Assembly (NCBI RefSeq): GCF_006345805.1
Contig: NC_043004.1
Location: 44,640,001 to 44,704,000 of the forward strand
DNA from: Octopus sinensis
Lineage: Eukaryota
Direction of reading: 5' to 3'
DNA length: 64,000 nt
Below the pieces are notes generated by a model that saw only the letters and a program-made list of their open reading frames with translations, had not been told where the DNA came from and did not search any database. Of this stretch, positions 25,134 through 37,160 are shown one piece after another (position 1 is the stretch's first letter; every line of letters starts with the position of its first letter). The position numbers and the translations under genes are program-made.

Positions 25134-27759
25134 ATATATGCATATATACACACATATATGTACATACATATGTATGTCTATAGGTATGCATATATGGGTA
25201 CAGGACGTCACAAAACGTAAGCAACATGAAATACGAAAATAACATTGGGTACGCAAAGAACGAGAGAAACAAATTGAAACAAGACAAGTAGCATAAAATA
25301 AGACCCTTCATCAGTTGTCGGCTGTCCTTCTTTCGAGCAAGGAAATATATATATATACATATACACACACACGTAAATTTACAAATACATATATGTTTGT
25401 GTGTGTGTGATCTATTTGTCTGTGTCTGTGTGTCTGTGTATATATGTGAATATATATATGAATGTATAAACATCTTTAGAAAAAAAATGGGGGTTACCAA
25501 ACGAAGTCCTTTAGGAGAAAAATATTCTTAATTTCCTCGCACGGATTTATTGCCACTTCCTTTTCAGTCTTAACATCTGAGGTACAGGGTACCAGTGATA
25601 TCACTTGTCCAGATATATGTAACCAATTAGAACCACAGCCAATTAGTATTCAAAATACATAAATAAATAACTTTTTAGACACAACCCTTCATGTTCTGAT
25701 TTCAAATCCACTAAGATTACTTTCTGGAATCGAAGAAATGAGCGCTAGCGTATTGATGAGAGGATAATTAGGTCGCCCGTATCTAATTCTTACCTTAATT
25801 GACAGAAATCAGAATGGCCTCTCGGATATTATTATTTTTAATGATGAATGAATTAACTACTGGTAATTTCAAGCTAAATTAATACTAGATATTAATATTA
25901 GATATTACATGCAGCAATCTGAGAGAGAAAAGTGAAAAGAGGAAGGTTGCTGTTTCATCTGTTATTTTCATGGTTATAATATGTAATGATATTTTTAATA
26001 TTGTTCACATATCAATGTCTTTCATCTTTCTGATATTAACTTCGACTTTCATGTCTGCAATGTCAATGAAGCAGATAACCAGATTTATTCTACGTCCTGT
26101 GTTCAAACACCGAGAGGTTTGTCTGAGATTTCCAGCGGTATTCAAGTCGATAAAATAAATAGTAATAATACACTGATGTAAAAATGTAATTCTCTTTACG
26201 GTTTGCTACACTTCACAAATACTGGTTTCACGCGCAATTTCAAGAGGGTTTTGAGAGAAAAAGCCAGCAAATCTCCCTCAAATCTTTAACTATTTGCTTT
26301 TCCAAAAGGTCTTCATAAGTTTTCCCTGGACGGTCATGCTTGTTTTCACACTTTTCGTTGGCATTTCTTTCGTGTGTTCTGCGGAATAATAATACTTTAC
26401 TGACACCCAAGTTATTTTGATGGTTTAAAACTACAATTAGAAATTTTTATTATTTATGATGCATTCATGTCAGAGAAGTGTATCAGGTGTGATATACAGG
26501 ACAGGAAATGGCTTAAAAAGCGAAGCATATTTTGGATAGTATACTTGAAGTTAAGTTTAATATGAGTGTACCCAATGGTTTTAGCCATTCGTAAATTAAA
26601 TAAGTCTTCTACATATATAAGTGCAAACGTCTGTCATAATACAGATGAACAATGATGATTAAAATAATTTCTGACAAACCATTTTGATTTCAAACCATAC
26701 GCATACGATGTGTGTGTATGTGTGCGTGTGTGTGTAATTAGTTGGACACGGCTGAATTTTTTTTATCATGGACTGCACTATTTGAGTAGTCCTAGGGCTA
26801 AACATCAACAGCAGCAGCTACAAGTCATTAAACAGGGCATCTATAATAATAGATAATTCCCGCTCAACCTAAAAATTAGTAGCTTTTTTAACGATAACCT
26901 TTTAACTGCCATATATGTCAGCTGAACAAATAATGGCAAAAACGAAGCTTAAGTTATATTCAGACCACACATTCAGCCAAACTTTTGACACTTATATACA
27001 CAACATACATATATATTTCCAGATAAATACAGTGAAATTCCAGAAAGATTTCCCTTGTTGACACCGGGATTTCGGTTATTTAAAATACGATTAATTGCTG
27101 AGGGGGAAATAATTTACAAACACAGCGACATTAAAGTCTCTAGCATATCGTTCCTTATTCTGGTTCTGTAATGTGAGAGATAGGAGGAACGCCATACTTC
27201 CTAACGATTAACGCTGAACATTTTTCAAATAATTTCAACGTTTAGAAGATTTTTATCAGCAGTATTATGTTCGCTCTCCCTAATGAGTATTGGATTGCAA
27301 CAGATAAGCTTTCGATAAACGTTCGCAACGAACATCCGATAACTTGCATTCACAATAATTTTTCACTCTCCAGTTAAATCAGCTTTTTGTTTTTCGTTAA
27401 TTATTCTTTAATTATGCTTTATTTCCCTTTTTCTCATAATTATTAAATACTTCCATGAAACTAGAACCATCTAAGATGAAAATCTACTGCATTTAAAAAA
27501 GAAAAACATTCACAATTTCTGCGAGGGAGGGGTTACAAACATTATGGGCGGTTCTCCTTCTCTTTCGACAAACTAATGACTTCTAATGGAAATACAAGGA
27601 TTCGGGTTTTTGGAAAAAAATATATCACTTAAATCAAACCAAATCATTGATTGACATTTTATTTCAACACTGGAAAAATGAAACACAAAGTAAAGCCCTG
27701 GCAGACTTTGGAATTCATAAATTGATAACTCTGACTAATAATGATAGGATATACGATAC

Positions 27760-27915
27760 CACAAACCCTAGTACTTGATTGTTACTTTATTCTATCGACC
27801 CCGGAAGGATGAAAGACAAAGTTGATCTCAGCGGCATTTGAACTCATAACGTAGAGATCTGGAAGAAATAGTGCAAAGCGTATGTTATGGAGCTTTGATT
27901 AGTCTACGAGCTCGC
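27760..27915 (-). mobile_element. SINE family B fragment
   Basis: atcgaccccggaaggatgaaagacaaagttgatctcagcggcatttgaactc. Confidence 0.75.
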
Positions 27916-28128
27916 TTCCCTCTGTTGTAGAGTAAACACAAGAAACATTATGTAGTTTCAATGTTTAGATAAGAAATGAAAGCCAGCAAGCAAATAAATC
28001 TACGATCTATTTTCTCTGTAATTCTGCGCTATTTTACGTTTCTTTACGTCAACAGTACCATCCATCAAAACCGTTATACAGCTTAAGCATAGGCTTACAG
28101 TTCAACTTCTAAATATTCGTGATCGATA

Positions 28129-28513
28129 TCTCTCTATATATAAACGGCAGTTTGTCTGTGCGTGCCTCTGTGTGTCTGTTTGCTTGTACCCTCACTCCGA
28201 CCACGGCTTTCAACCGATTCTGATGAAACTTGACACACACATAGCCCAATGTCATAATTCAAAACTAACGCAGCGAAAGTTTTGAAAAGTTCCCCCAGTT
28301 CTGAAAAAAATCGATAAATTCGACATGGGGTCGAGAATCAGAAACCCAAACCACTGACCGTCTAGGGGACGCAACTCCACCTTTTTTAACTCTCAAAAAA
28401 AAATTACCATCATTTTTTTTCCATTTTTTTGCTATTTTTTGGCTATAACTCTCTAAAAATGCTTTATAGTTATTTCCCTTACAAACCTGAGCAACGCCGG
28501 GCGATACTGCTAG
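28129..28513 (+). mobile_element. Non-autonomous Helitron, complete
   Basis: A|TC start (tctctctatatataaac), subterminal hairpin cctgagcaacgccggg, CTAG|T end at 28510-28514. No TSD, as expected for Helitrons. Confidence 0.85.
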
Positions 28514-28577
28514 TAAAAAATACAAGCGTTATTCGTTTTAAACAATATATTCCTCTCCTTCACTCACTCGCTCTATT

Positions 28578-28612
<35 letters not shown>

Positions 28613-28869
28613 TGCTTTCTCTCGCCTCCCCCTCTCTCTGTCTTTGCTTCTGTAGATATTTTTTATACATTCATCCTTTCAGTGGATGCACACACAGGCA
28701 GAATTAAGTGCACAGGCTCCCGTATACTCATACGGAGAACCATCAGGAGACAGCAAAATCCTCACTCCTCTGCAAACGAAGCGATCTTTTTAAAGTGAAC
28801 TCTCAAAAGCAAAAACAAACCATTATGCTGTTATCTCTACAATAGCTTATCTTCTAAGTAAAACACTAT

Positions 28870-29296
28870 TTGGATCTTTTCGGTTTGAACGGCAGTTTTT
28901 CAAGTGGTGTCATATGAAATTGTCACCCATAATTATGACCCTAGAATCGATCTATTGCATTTCAATCTCTTTTAGGGTTAGTTAGGGTTAGGGTTAGGAG
29001 TGGGGGGAAGGGTATCTGTTTTTCTTCACAAATATAAATAAACCCAATCTGTTTCTTAAACGAGGGACATATTCATACGGCACAAAATGATTTTTACCTC
29101 AATAGACGTCAGTGTTTGGTTGAAATTGAAGAAATTGAAGAAAAAAAACAAATATATTACAAACTATAGAATTTTCTCAATAAAGGCAAGAGAAAAAGTT
29201 GTTTTATAAACACATTCTACCAGTATACGAAGTTTAAAATTTTCTAGTTACCTAGAAATTATGTTAATAACTGCCGTTCAAACCGAAAAGATCCAA
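28870..29296. mobile_element. MITE-like element with perfect 28-bp TIRs and internal TTAGGG tract; superfamily unassigned
   Basis: ttggatcttttcggtttgaacggcagtt (28870-28897) is the reverse complement of 29269-29296. ttagggttagttagggttagggttagg lies at 28972-28998. Confidence 0.88.
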
Positions 29297-29899
29297 GCCC
29301 CTTACTAACTTTATTAAGATATAACATTAAATGCAAAATTTTAATAACCTTTGTAATTTGTAGACAGTTTCGGCACAATTTTCATTGTATAAATTCAAAC
29401 CAGTGTCTCAAATCAATTTCTTGATATGTCGATGGAAAATGCCATGTGGCTTATAACAGAAAATACTTCTTTCAAGATGATGCAGGCAGCAGCAGTTTCT
29501 TGAAGTTTTCTACAGTACGCACTCTTCAGATGTGGTGAGTAGGCCACATTACTCTCATTGCTGTATCTGTTTGTTGCACTAACCTCAGAACCTTTAGTAT
29601 AGTAACCAACGCAAGATGACAAGAGTCAAGCTCGACAAGAATTAAAATGAAAGCCACGTCAATAGTTGTCCTTCGCCATTTACAAGAACCTATTGATCCT
29701 CAGGGAAAATAGAGTTTAACTAATGGTTTCCAAGGATCATGAATAGTGTAGTCTGCGTGCTCCAATCTGAAAAGCTAAAACAACTGACATTTGGAGCAAT
29801 ATACCAACGGAAACGATTGTTTCGGATAAGAAACCAAAAACTTAAAGTGAGATGAACCAACAGATAACATTGGGACGGAAGAAATATATCTCCTTGGTC

Positions 29900-31050
29900 A
29901 TCCTTTAGAAAAGGAAAAACTTTTTAATCTTAATTCTTACAGTAACTTCCTCCAGGCAAGTAGATTGCTATTTCGGTGACCTCATCTGGGATTGCTAAAA
30001 CTTTGCTCACAGGTGGAAGTACTACTCATTCCTTTTTTCCAGCTACTACTGACCTTGGAGACAATGTCGGTCTTGTACGTTATATTGGCGATGGATCTTG
30101 ACAGGCAAAAGTTCTCAAGCTGACCCTACAGAAAGCAAAAGATGAAACACAATGTCTCACAGGGTTGCATTTGAGTCTCTCAATCACACTTTACAAGATC
30201 TCAGAGGTACTAACTTAATGGATGATGTCACGCTATTGATCTCGGAATTTCAGACAAAATCTACCAGTCATACAAGTGAGTATACCTCCTTGTGGGATGG
30301 GAAGGTACCTCAAGAAAACAATATTTTGGAGATGAAAGAAAGCATTTGTTGTACCAACAACAGATTTGCATTTTATAGAGATATCTTCGCAGCCAAGTTT
30401 GAAACAATATTACATTAGATGGAATCAATTAGTTACCAGTTAACACTGAGAATGGAGATACCTAACTACAAAATGAAATTAATGGAAAAATCATCGACAC
30501 ACCACGAGAATTAGTTTTGAATGTTAATCTTATTTATCTTAGCCTCGCATAGAAGAATAGGTGCCTGGATGTATCTTCTTTGCTCCCCAAAACAATATAT
30601 TTCGGGATATCTATGACACTATCACTCAACAGACATCAGTCTAATGCGGATAGTACATATCAGTTGACATTGAATTTCATAATAAAGATGCAGCCAACCA
30701 TCCAGAAGAGTTTTTCAGTTATCTTCAGCCCGCTGCTGCACATCCTTACAATCAGAAACTGAAATAAACAGACATCCCTTATGTTACTTCGAAATTTGGA
30801 TGTACTAAATCACCGTGACACAAAAGGACTAGCTATCAAAACTCTTATGTCCTTCTACGAGATTAAATCCATCATTATGATTGGATTTCCAATGCAGAGA
30901 TGTCTTTATTTCACTTGTTTCTTTCCTCCCAACAAATACATAATTCCAGTTCAATTACCATTTGTTCCCTGTGCCATTTTTGTATCATTAACACGTCTCT
31001 GAACAGATTTGCTGGGTTTTCAGGAGTTGAATATACAGGTATATATAAAG
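29900..31050 (+). pseudogene. Helitron-type PIF1 (SF1B) helicase remnant
   Basis: GKTF (29913), IAISVTSSGIAKTLLTGGSTTHS (29964), DE-TMSHRVAFESLNHTLQDLRG (30141-30210), HPEEFF and MLLRNLD (30781) occur in the order of Helitron helicase motifs, with many stops and frameshifts. Confidence 0.8.
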
Positions 31051-31463
31051 TCTCAAAACTTCTTTCTTTCATATACTGTTCTATATCGATGTTATGTATT
31101 GTGACAAATACTGTTTCATCAAAAAACCGACTGCGGAATAATAAATGGTGACTGCCCCACAGCTCTGGCTGAGTAAAACTCACACGTTAGAATTTTTCCC
31201 TTTTATACGCAGTGTAAAATCTTTATACGTAATATAAATTTAAGATTATAAAGATATACATAATAAGCAATACCGATATTAATTTTTTAGTAAAAAAAAT
31301 TTAATTTCTCTCAATACTGTACAAAAATATTCACTCATTATAGAAACATGCAATAAATCAGCTTCAGACACGCATACACACTACAACATAAATATATAAA
31401 TATAAACAAGCACAGCGTAATTTGATTAACTTTTAGTTTCTACATTTTCCGCACATCTATGTA

Positions 31464-31650
31464 TGAGGGGATGCTGATCAGTTCCTGGCTTTGGGTATGA
31501 AAAAAAACAAGAGGGTCATTTAATTTTGATTTTATACACACACTTATTACGGCGGTCCTTCAGTTTTCCTAAGCCCTGTAAAAGAAGTTGGAAGGTTGGG
31601 CCTCCAACGAGGCTTTTCGCACGACCCTTAAAGCAAGGAAATTTTCAGCA
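31464..31650 (-). mobile_element. Mariner 3' terminal fragment with TIR
   Basis: TA followed by tgaggggatgctgatcagttcctggct (TIR-like). The minus strand reads FLQGLGKLKDRRNKCV, resembling a mariner C-terminus. Confidence 0.65.
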
Positions 31651-31731
31651 CATGCATACATAAACACATACGTGACTCTCTTCCACGTTCTCTCTCTCTC
31701 TATCTCTCTCTCTCCCCATGTATGTGTGTTT

Positions 31732-31765
<34 letters not shown>

Positions 31766-31824
31766 AATACATATATATTACATATACATATATACATATA
31801 TATACATATATACATATATATTAC

Positions 31825-31855
<31 letters not shown>

Positions 31856-31907
31856 CATACATATATATTACATATACATGCATATATATACATATATACA
31901 TATATAT

Positions 31908-31980
<73 letters not shown>

Positions 31981-32582
31981 ATATACTTTTGGATGTGTAA
32001 AGTAAGAGTTTTAGAGAAGTGCCATTAGTTTCATATCTAGCGTGAACTAAACATGTCTTCAGTTTCTCTAAACGATAACTGTTCTCTGCAACGAATGGTT
32101 TTTAAAAGCCCAAGAACGCCGGTGATAGTTGAAGAAATATTCCTCTTGATAGGTAGAATTTCCAGTTTTGAAGTAAAAAATTCCGAAAATGTGGACAAGT
32201 CGCCATAGCTTCCGTCCTGGAATTTAGGTAGCCTCCTGCCTCGTGTGAGTTCATAAGGATTATACATTTTTTCTGCCATACAAAGTTTACAAAGTCATTT
32301 TCCATTGCGATAAGGTCTATAATTTTCCAGTCATTTCCACCTGATGTTAAAGGGCGTACGATCGTTCTTTAGGCACCATACGTATGCCATGAGTGTCGTT
32401 GTGTCGCGTCTCTCCGGGACCCTGAAAGAAGATCTGTGGTTGTTCTGGCGAATTTTTAAATTTGGATTCACAATATCCGACATTTTCTCCACTGGACTTT
32501 TACCTTTACGGATACTTTACCACTACGGATACTTACCCTCTGGCTGCATCTCTCCTACACAGGGATCACAGTGACTATACTA

Positions 32583-32626
<44 letters not shown>

Positions 32627-32701
32627 ATATATATATGTGTGTGCATATATATATATATATATGTGTGTGCATATATATATATATGTATGTAGATATATAT
32701 A

Positions 32702-32764
<63 letters not shown>

Positions 32765-33569
32765 TGCGAGCTAAGTGCTTTCCTGAAGGCAATATACTTT
32801 TACATACACACAAGCATATATAAACATATATTAAAATATATACTTATAAGAATCGTACATATACACAGCCGGCCGAGAATACATACACCCGTACCTGACA
32901 CATACACGCAAAAAAACGACAGATATATGTATGTGTACGCATGCATGAATATGTTTATATTTACATGCTTATATTTATGTATATACATGTGTATATGTAT
33001 AGCTATACACTGACATTTACATGCACGCACACACACACATGCACACACACATACACACACACACACACACACGCACACGCACATATATTTCAAGAGTTCT
33101 TGTGTTCTTCTTTTGCGCCAATGGTAAACGCTAGATTATCAGATTAAGAGATTTACCATATTAACCTACTTTTTCACCGATGCTTTTGCTGAAAAGAGAA
33201 TTATCTGTCATAAATATAATCATGAGTATATGACCTAAGTATGACACCGATATATTAGGTTATGATATGATATATGATATATTAAGTTACCATGTGACAT
33301 AGCGGGTGGTCTTTCGAAAATAGCGTTATGTGACGTTCGCAACAACAAAAAAATCCCTTCTTATTAGTTATATTTATGGTTGCTTAGTTTACGCTTGTTT
33401 TATTCCCAGGGGCGTTCTCATCGACATCTATGACTAATGATACTTATGGCATGATCAACAGTTATTATTATTATCATTTATCATTATTTATTTTTTTTAT
33501 TGAAGTATTCAATTTATCTTACCGTTTTGAAAAAAAATGTATGCTGATATTACTTGTAGATTTGAAAGC

Positions 33570-33770
33570 GATGACCTGGCAGAAACCTTAGCACGCCGGG
33601 CTTAACGCCTAGTGGCATTTCCTCCGTTTTTACGTTTTTGAATTCAAATTCCGTTTAGGTAGATTTTGCCTTTCATCCTTTCAGGAGTCGATAAAATAAG
33701 TGCCAGCACTGGGAATAGTGTAGTCGACTTTAACCCTTCCCCGAACTTGCCAAAATTTGAAACTGATATT
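33570..33770 (+). mobile_element. SINE family B, old-tail subfamily
   Basis: gacctggcagaaaccttagcacgccgg...gcctttcatcctttcaggagtcgataaaataagt...gccaaaatttgaaact. Confidence 0.8.
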
Positions 33771-33959
33771 TCGTGTAGATTTTGCTGTTGTTTGTCAGTT
33801 CAAAAAAGGTTATTGGTTTGCTTGTGTTATTAATTTATGAGGTGCACTCCCCACGTCTCGAGACTTTTTTAGTGGGTGTAGCAGTTATAATAGTCCTATA
33901 TTATTATAATGTTAGCATATCATTAGAATACATTTAATAAACTGATCTGCCAACGTTTG

Positions 33960-34345
33960 CGATTCCAGATTGAAAGGAACAGCTGTAACAGCATGTTGAA
34001 CAGCAATGCACCAGTCTGCATTTCTATCATGGCAACCAACTACTTGATAGAGATGAGCATCAAAATTGCACCTCAATCTCCCTACAGTGCAGACCTTGCA
34101 TCCTGTGGGGTTTTTTTTTTTTTTGTTCCTCGAGCTGAAACAGAAGAGGAAAGAGACTGTGACAAGTGTACTGGACACCTTCAATTTGAAGGGCGGCTTT
34201 CATGGTGTCTTCACGAAATGACTGTAGCGCGACAACAGTAAACTAAAGTCAAATGATCCTAGTTTGAAGAAAATTAGAGTTTTGTACCTGTTTGAAATTA
34301 ATAAATGCCTCCCTTGAAAAAAGTCTCAAAACTTCTAGAACGCAT
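33960..34345 (+). mobile_element. Mariner transposase 3' fragment, same family as 3720-4290
   Basis: APQSPYSADLASCG.FF resembles PYSPDLAPCDFFLF. Terminal region is shared with 3720-4290. Confidence 0.75.
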
Positions 34346-34961
34346 CTTGCCTTTCATATCATATATGTTGCTGTAAATAATGAAATGATGCTGTCATCAT
34401 TATTGTCGTCGTTGTCATCCATTACGTCATCACCCTTTCCAAATCTAAAGCATTGCAGCCACAACTATTCTGATGTTTTTTTTTTTACTAGTATAATGTA
34501 TCTTCGACTACCAATGCATTTCCTCTTTCTAGAACAATAGCTGGAGTGTGAGTTGAAAACTGAGCTGCTGTTTGTGACTGACTGAGAAACCGCAAGGAAT
34601 ATTCCTCGTTTACTCTTTCCATCTTATTTACATGAGGTAAAACAACATTTTTCTCTCTGTCTTCTACAAGCAGATTCCGTTGAAATTCCCCAGATAAAAT
34701 AGTAACATTGATGGAAGCTTATAGAGAATCATTAAAAATACACTTTCTTCTGGAATCATTACTTTTCTGAAACGTTTGATACTAAAGATAATGTGAATTC
34801 GAATGTAGTGATTACTGAATTTGCAGGCTCAAGCGAGAACAGCTTTGGATATTATATTAATTGTTATGTATTATTTTGCCTCTTCAGCAAGAAGTAAGCA
34901 CTTTGAATTAAGGAACAGAATAGAAAGCAAAGTCTACCGAAAATATCATTCAGCTACAGTC

Positions 34962-36434
34962 CGAGGGTCGACTGAAATGTTCATAGTCTCACTAAGATAC
35001 TCTCATGGAATGTAAGTAAATGAGGTTTATTTTTCAACATAGGCCCTCTTGCGGTTCACACACTTCTCCTGTCGGTGTTGCATTGTTTGGATCTCATTAA
35101 TTCGGAAACTTGCATCCAACTGGTCAAAAATGTCCATAACGAATATGACATCATCATCATCATCATTACCATATATGTTCCCAGCCAAGTGTCATTTCAC
35201 GTAGGAGAACATATAATAGTCAGATTAGGCCAAATAAGGAGAATAGGGAGGACGAGCAACCAGTTGAAAACCACAGTCAGGCACAGCAGCCATTGAAACT
35301 AACATCTTGTGTTCTGGAGCATTATCATGATGAAACGCGAATCCTTTCGCCGGTTTTCCTGGAAGCTTGGCCTTGATATCCTTTTGTAACTGCCTCAGCA
35401 AGTTGTCAGAGTATTCTCCATTGATGGTATCGCCCTTTTGAAGGTAGCCAATAAACACAATACGTTTCATGTCCCAAAATATTGAGCCCATTACCTTCCC
35501 TGCAGATTAAAACTTTGACCTTCTTTGAGGCAGATGTTTCTACTGCATGGATTATGTCTTTGTCTCTGGCTAAAAAATGGTGAACCCAACTCTCATCCTG
35601 GCTTAACAAACGCTCAAGGAAATCAGGTGGATCTGTCTGAAACATTGTTAGGATTTCCCGTGATGTGATAAACCTGTTACGCTTTTGATCAGGTGTCTAA
35701 AAACGTGAAGCCACCAAGCAGAAATGTTGCTAATGCCAACTTCATTGGGCAGAATATTCTCAACTCCTTCACAGGATATGCTAATTGCATTGGCTATATG
35801 ATTTATAGTTAATCACCTCAAAAAGTGATAAACATGATCAATGTTTTCCTTGGTGGTAGCAATTTTAGGGCATTCCACTTTGGGTCATCTTCAACACTCT
35901 CTATTCCCATCCTAAATTCAGCGGCCCACTTTTGCATTATTTGTAAAAACTGGAACATCATCTGCTAATGTAGCTACCATATCAGCATGAATCTTCTTGG
36001 GAGCTAAACCCATTTTTGCAGGTACAGTAATGCCTCGCTAAATCACGGTTCACCTATCATGCACTCAGTACAACGCGGTTCACCTATCGTGCACTCAGTA
36101 CATCGCAGATTCAGTATATCCGGGTTCCTACGGTGGATAAGTTTTTATATGATTTTAGATTTCAATTATTTCTATGGAAGGTTTTGGAACGTAACATCCG
36201 CGATAGTCGAGGGATTATTCTACTTGATGATATCACGATGCCAAATTTTGCCCATTTTCAAGAATAGTCGCTACTAGATACTTTTGAAAGCGTTTTTGAA
36301 CTGTCAAATGTCAGTTTAGCTGGAATAAAAGAATACAGTTATTAATTAGAAGAGCTGCAAATAACACATGCAAGATTTCACAGCTCTTGCATCACTCCTT
36401 GATAATCAGCCTTGAACTTTTCAGCCCACCTTCA
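34962..36434 (-). mobile_element. Full-length degraded mariner (both TIRs) interrupted by a MITE
   Basis: TIRs cgagggtcgactgaaatgttca and tgaacttttcagcccaccttca. Frames read MGKIWHRDIIK|YLQK, FLERLLSQDESWVHH, GSIFWD, HHDNAP, PPYSP and EKCVNRKRAYVEK*. Confidence 0.9.
36025..36220. mobile_element. Tigger/pogo-like MITE with TA target duplication
   Basis: TA|cagtaatgcctcgctaaatcacgg...ccgcgatagtcgagggattattc|TA. Removing it and one TA restores the mariner codons AAG TAC. Confidence 0.8.
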
Positions 36435-36649
36435 TATATTGCTAACGCTTTAACAAATATTACTGTTTTCATATATCTTTAATTTAATATGAGAGAATAG
36501 TAGGTATGACAAGACATGAGCACAATGTTCCAGTGTAGAAATTACAGTAGCTGTCACTAAATCATGAGCAGAACGAAAGCCTTTTTTTATTTGTTGTCCT
36601 TTGGCCTGCGCTAGGGAGTTTTTTAAGGTGAAGTGCAGTGCGCGCAAAC

Positions 36650-37160
36650 TGGCCCCACCCTTTAAGCACGAGGTTCATCTGCCATTGCCTAGCGAGCTGG
36701 GACGGTGACAGCGATATCCTCGGGCCGTAGGTTTGAAGTCGGAGTTATCCTCTACTAGGAGGGTTGCCAACCATGGCTGACGAGCCCCTCCTGCCTATGC
36801 CATCCAAACCATGGCGAAAGAGAGAAAAGGATCCATGGTTTTCAGTAGGTGTATACTACCCGGTTGCCTAGGCCGGAGGAGGGGGTTAACTTAGGAGACC
36901 CCACCCGGAGCCTTTGACTAAAAAGTCTATCTACAAGGCAGCAGAGCGTTGGATGGCCGTTGACTACGCTGTAGTTCTTCCGCCCTTTGACAGGTCTTAT
37001 TTTTTTCGTCCTGCAGGTCACTTGAGCGCTACTGGTACCATGTAGTCCAGTACAACCTGTTACATGGTCGGGTTGTCGGCGACTAAACTGGCAACCCCAC
37101 CAGGCTTGCTTGGTGAGTCGGGTGTTTGTTGGACACCCTGCAGGAGAACGAAAGCATATC
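36650..37160 (+). mobile_element. GC-rich remnant resembling an RTE-clade LINE 5' UTR
   Basis: GC-rich island with blocks gggttgccaaccatggctgacgagcccc and ggaggagggggtt..gaccccacccg, similar to RTE 5' UTR blocks as I recall them. No ORF follows. Confidence 0.5.

Noticed and set aside
25290-25345. CTGATGA on the minus strand in a TA-flanked element
   Set aside because: No correctly placed GAAA or stems in any topology.
32460-32530. SPLDFYLYGY as a Tc1-like transposase motif
   Set aside because: About 10 residues with no supporting flanking motifs; too little to call.
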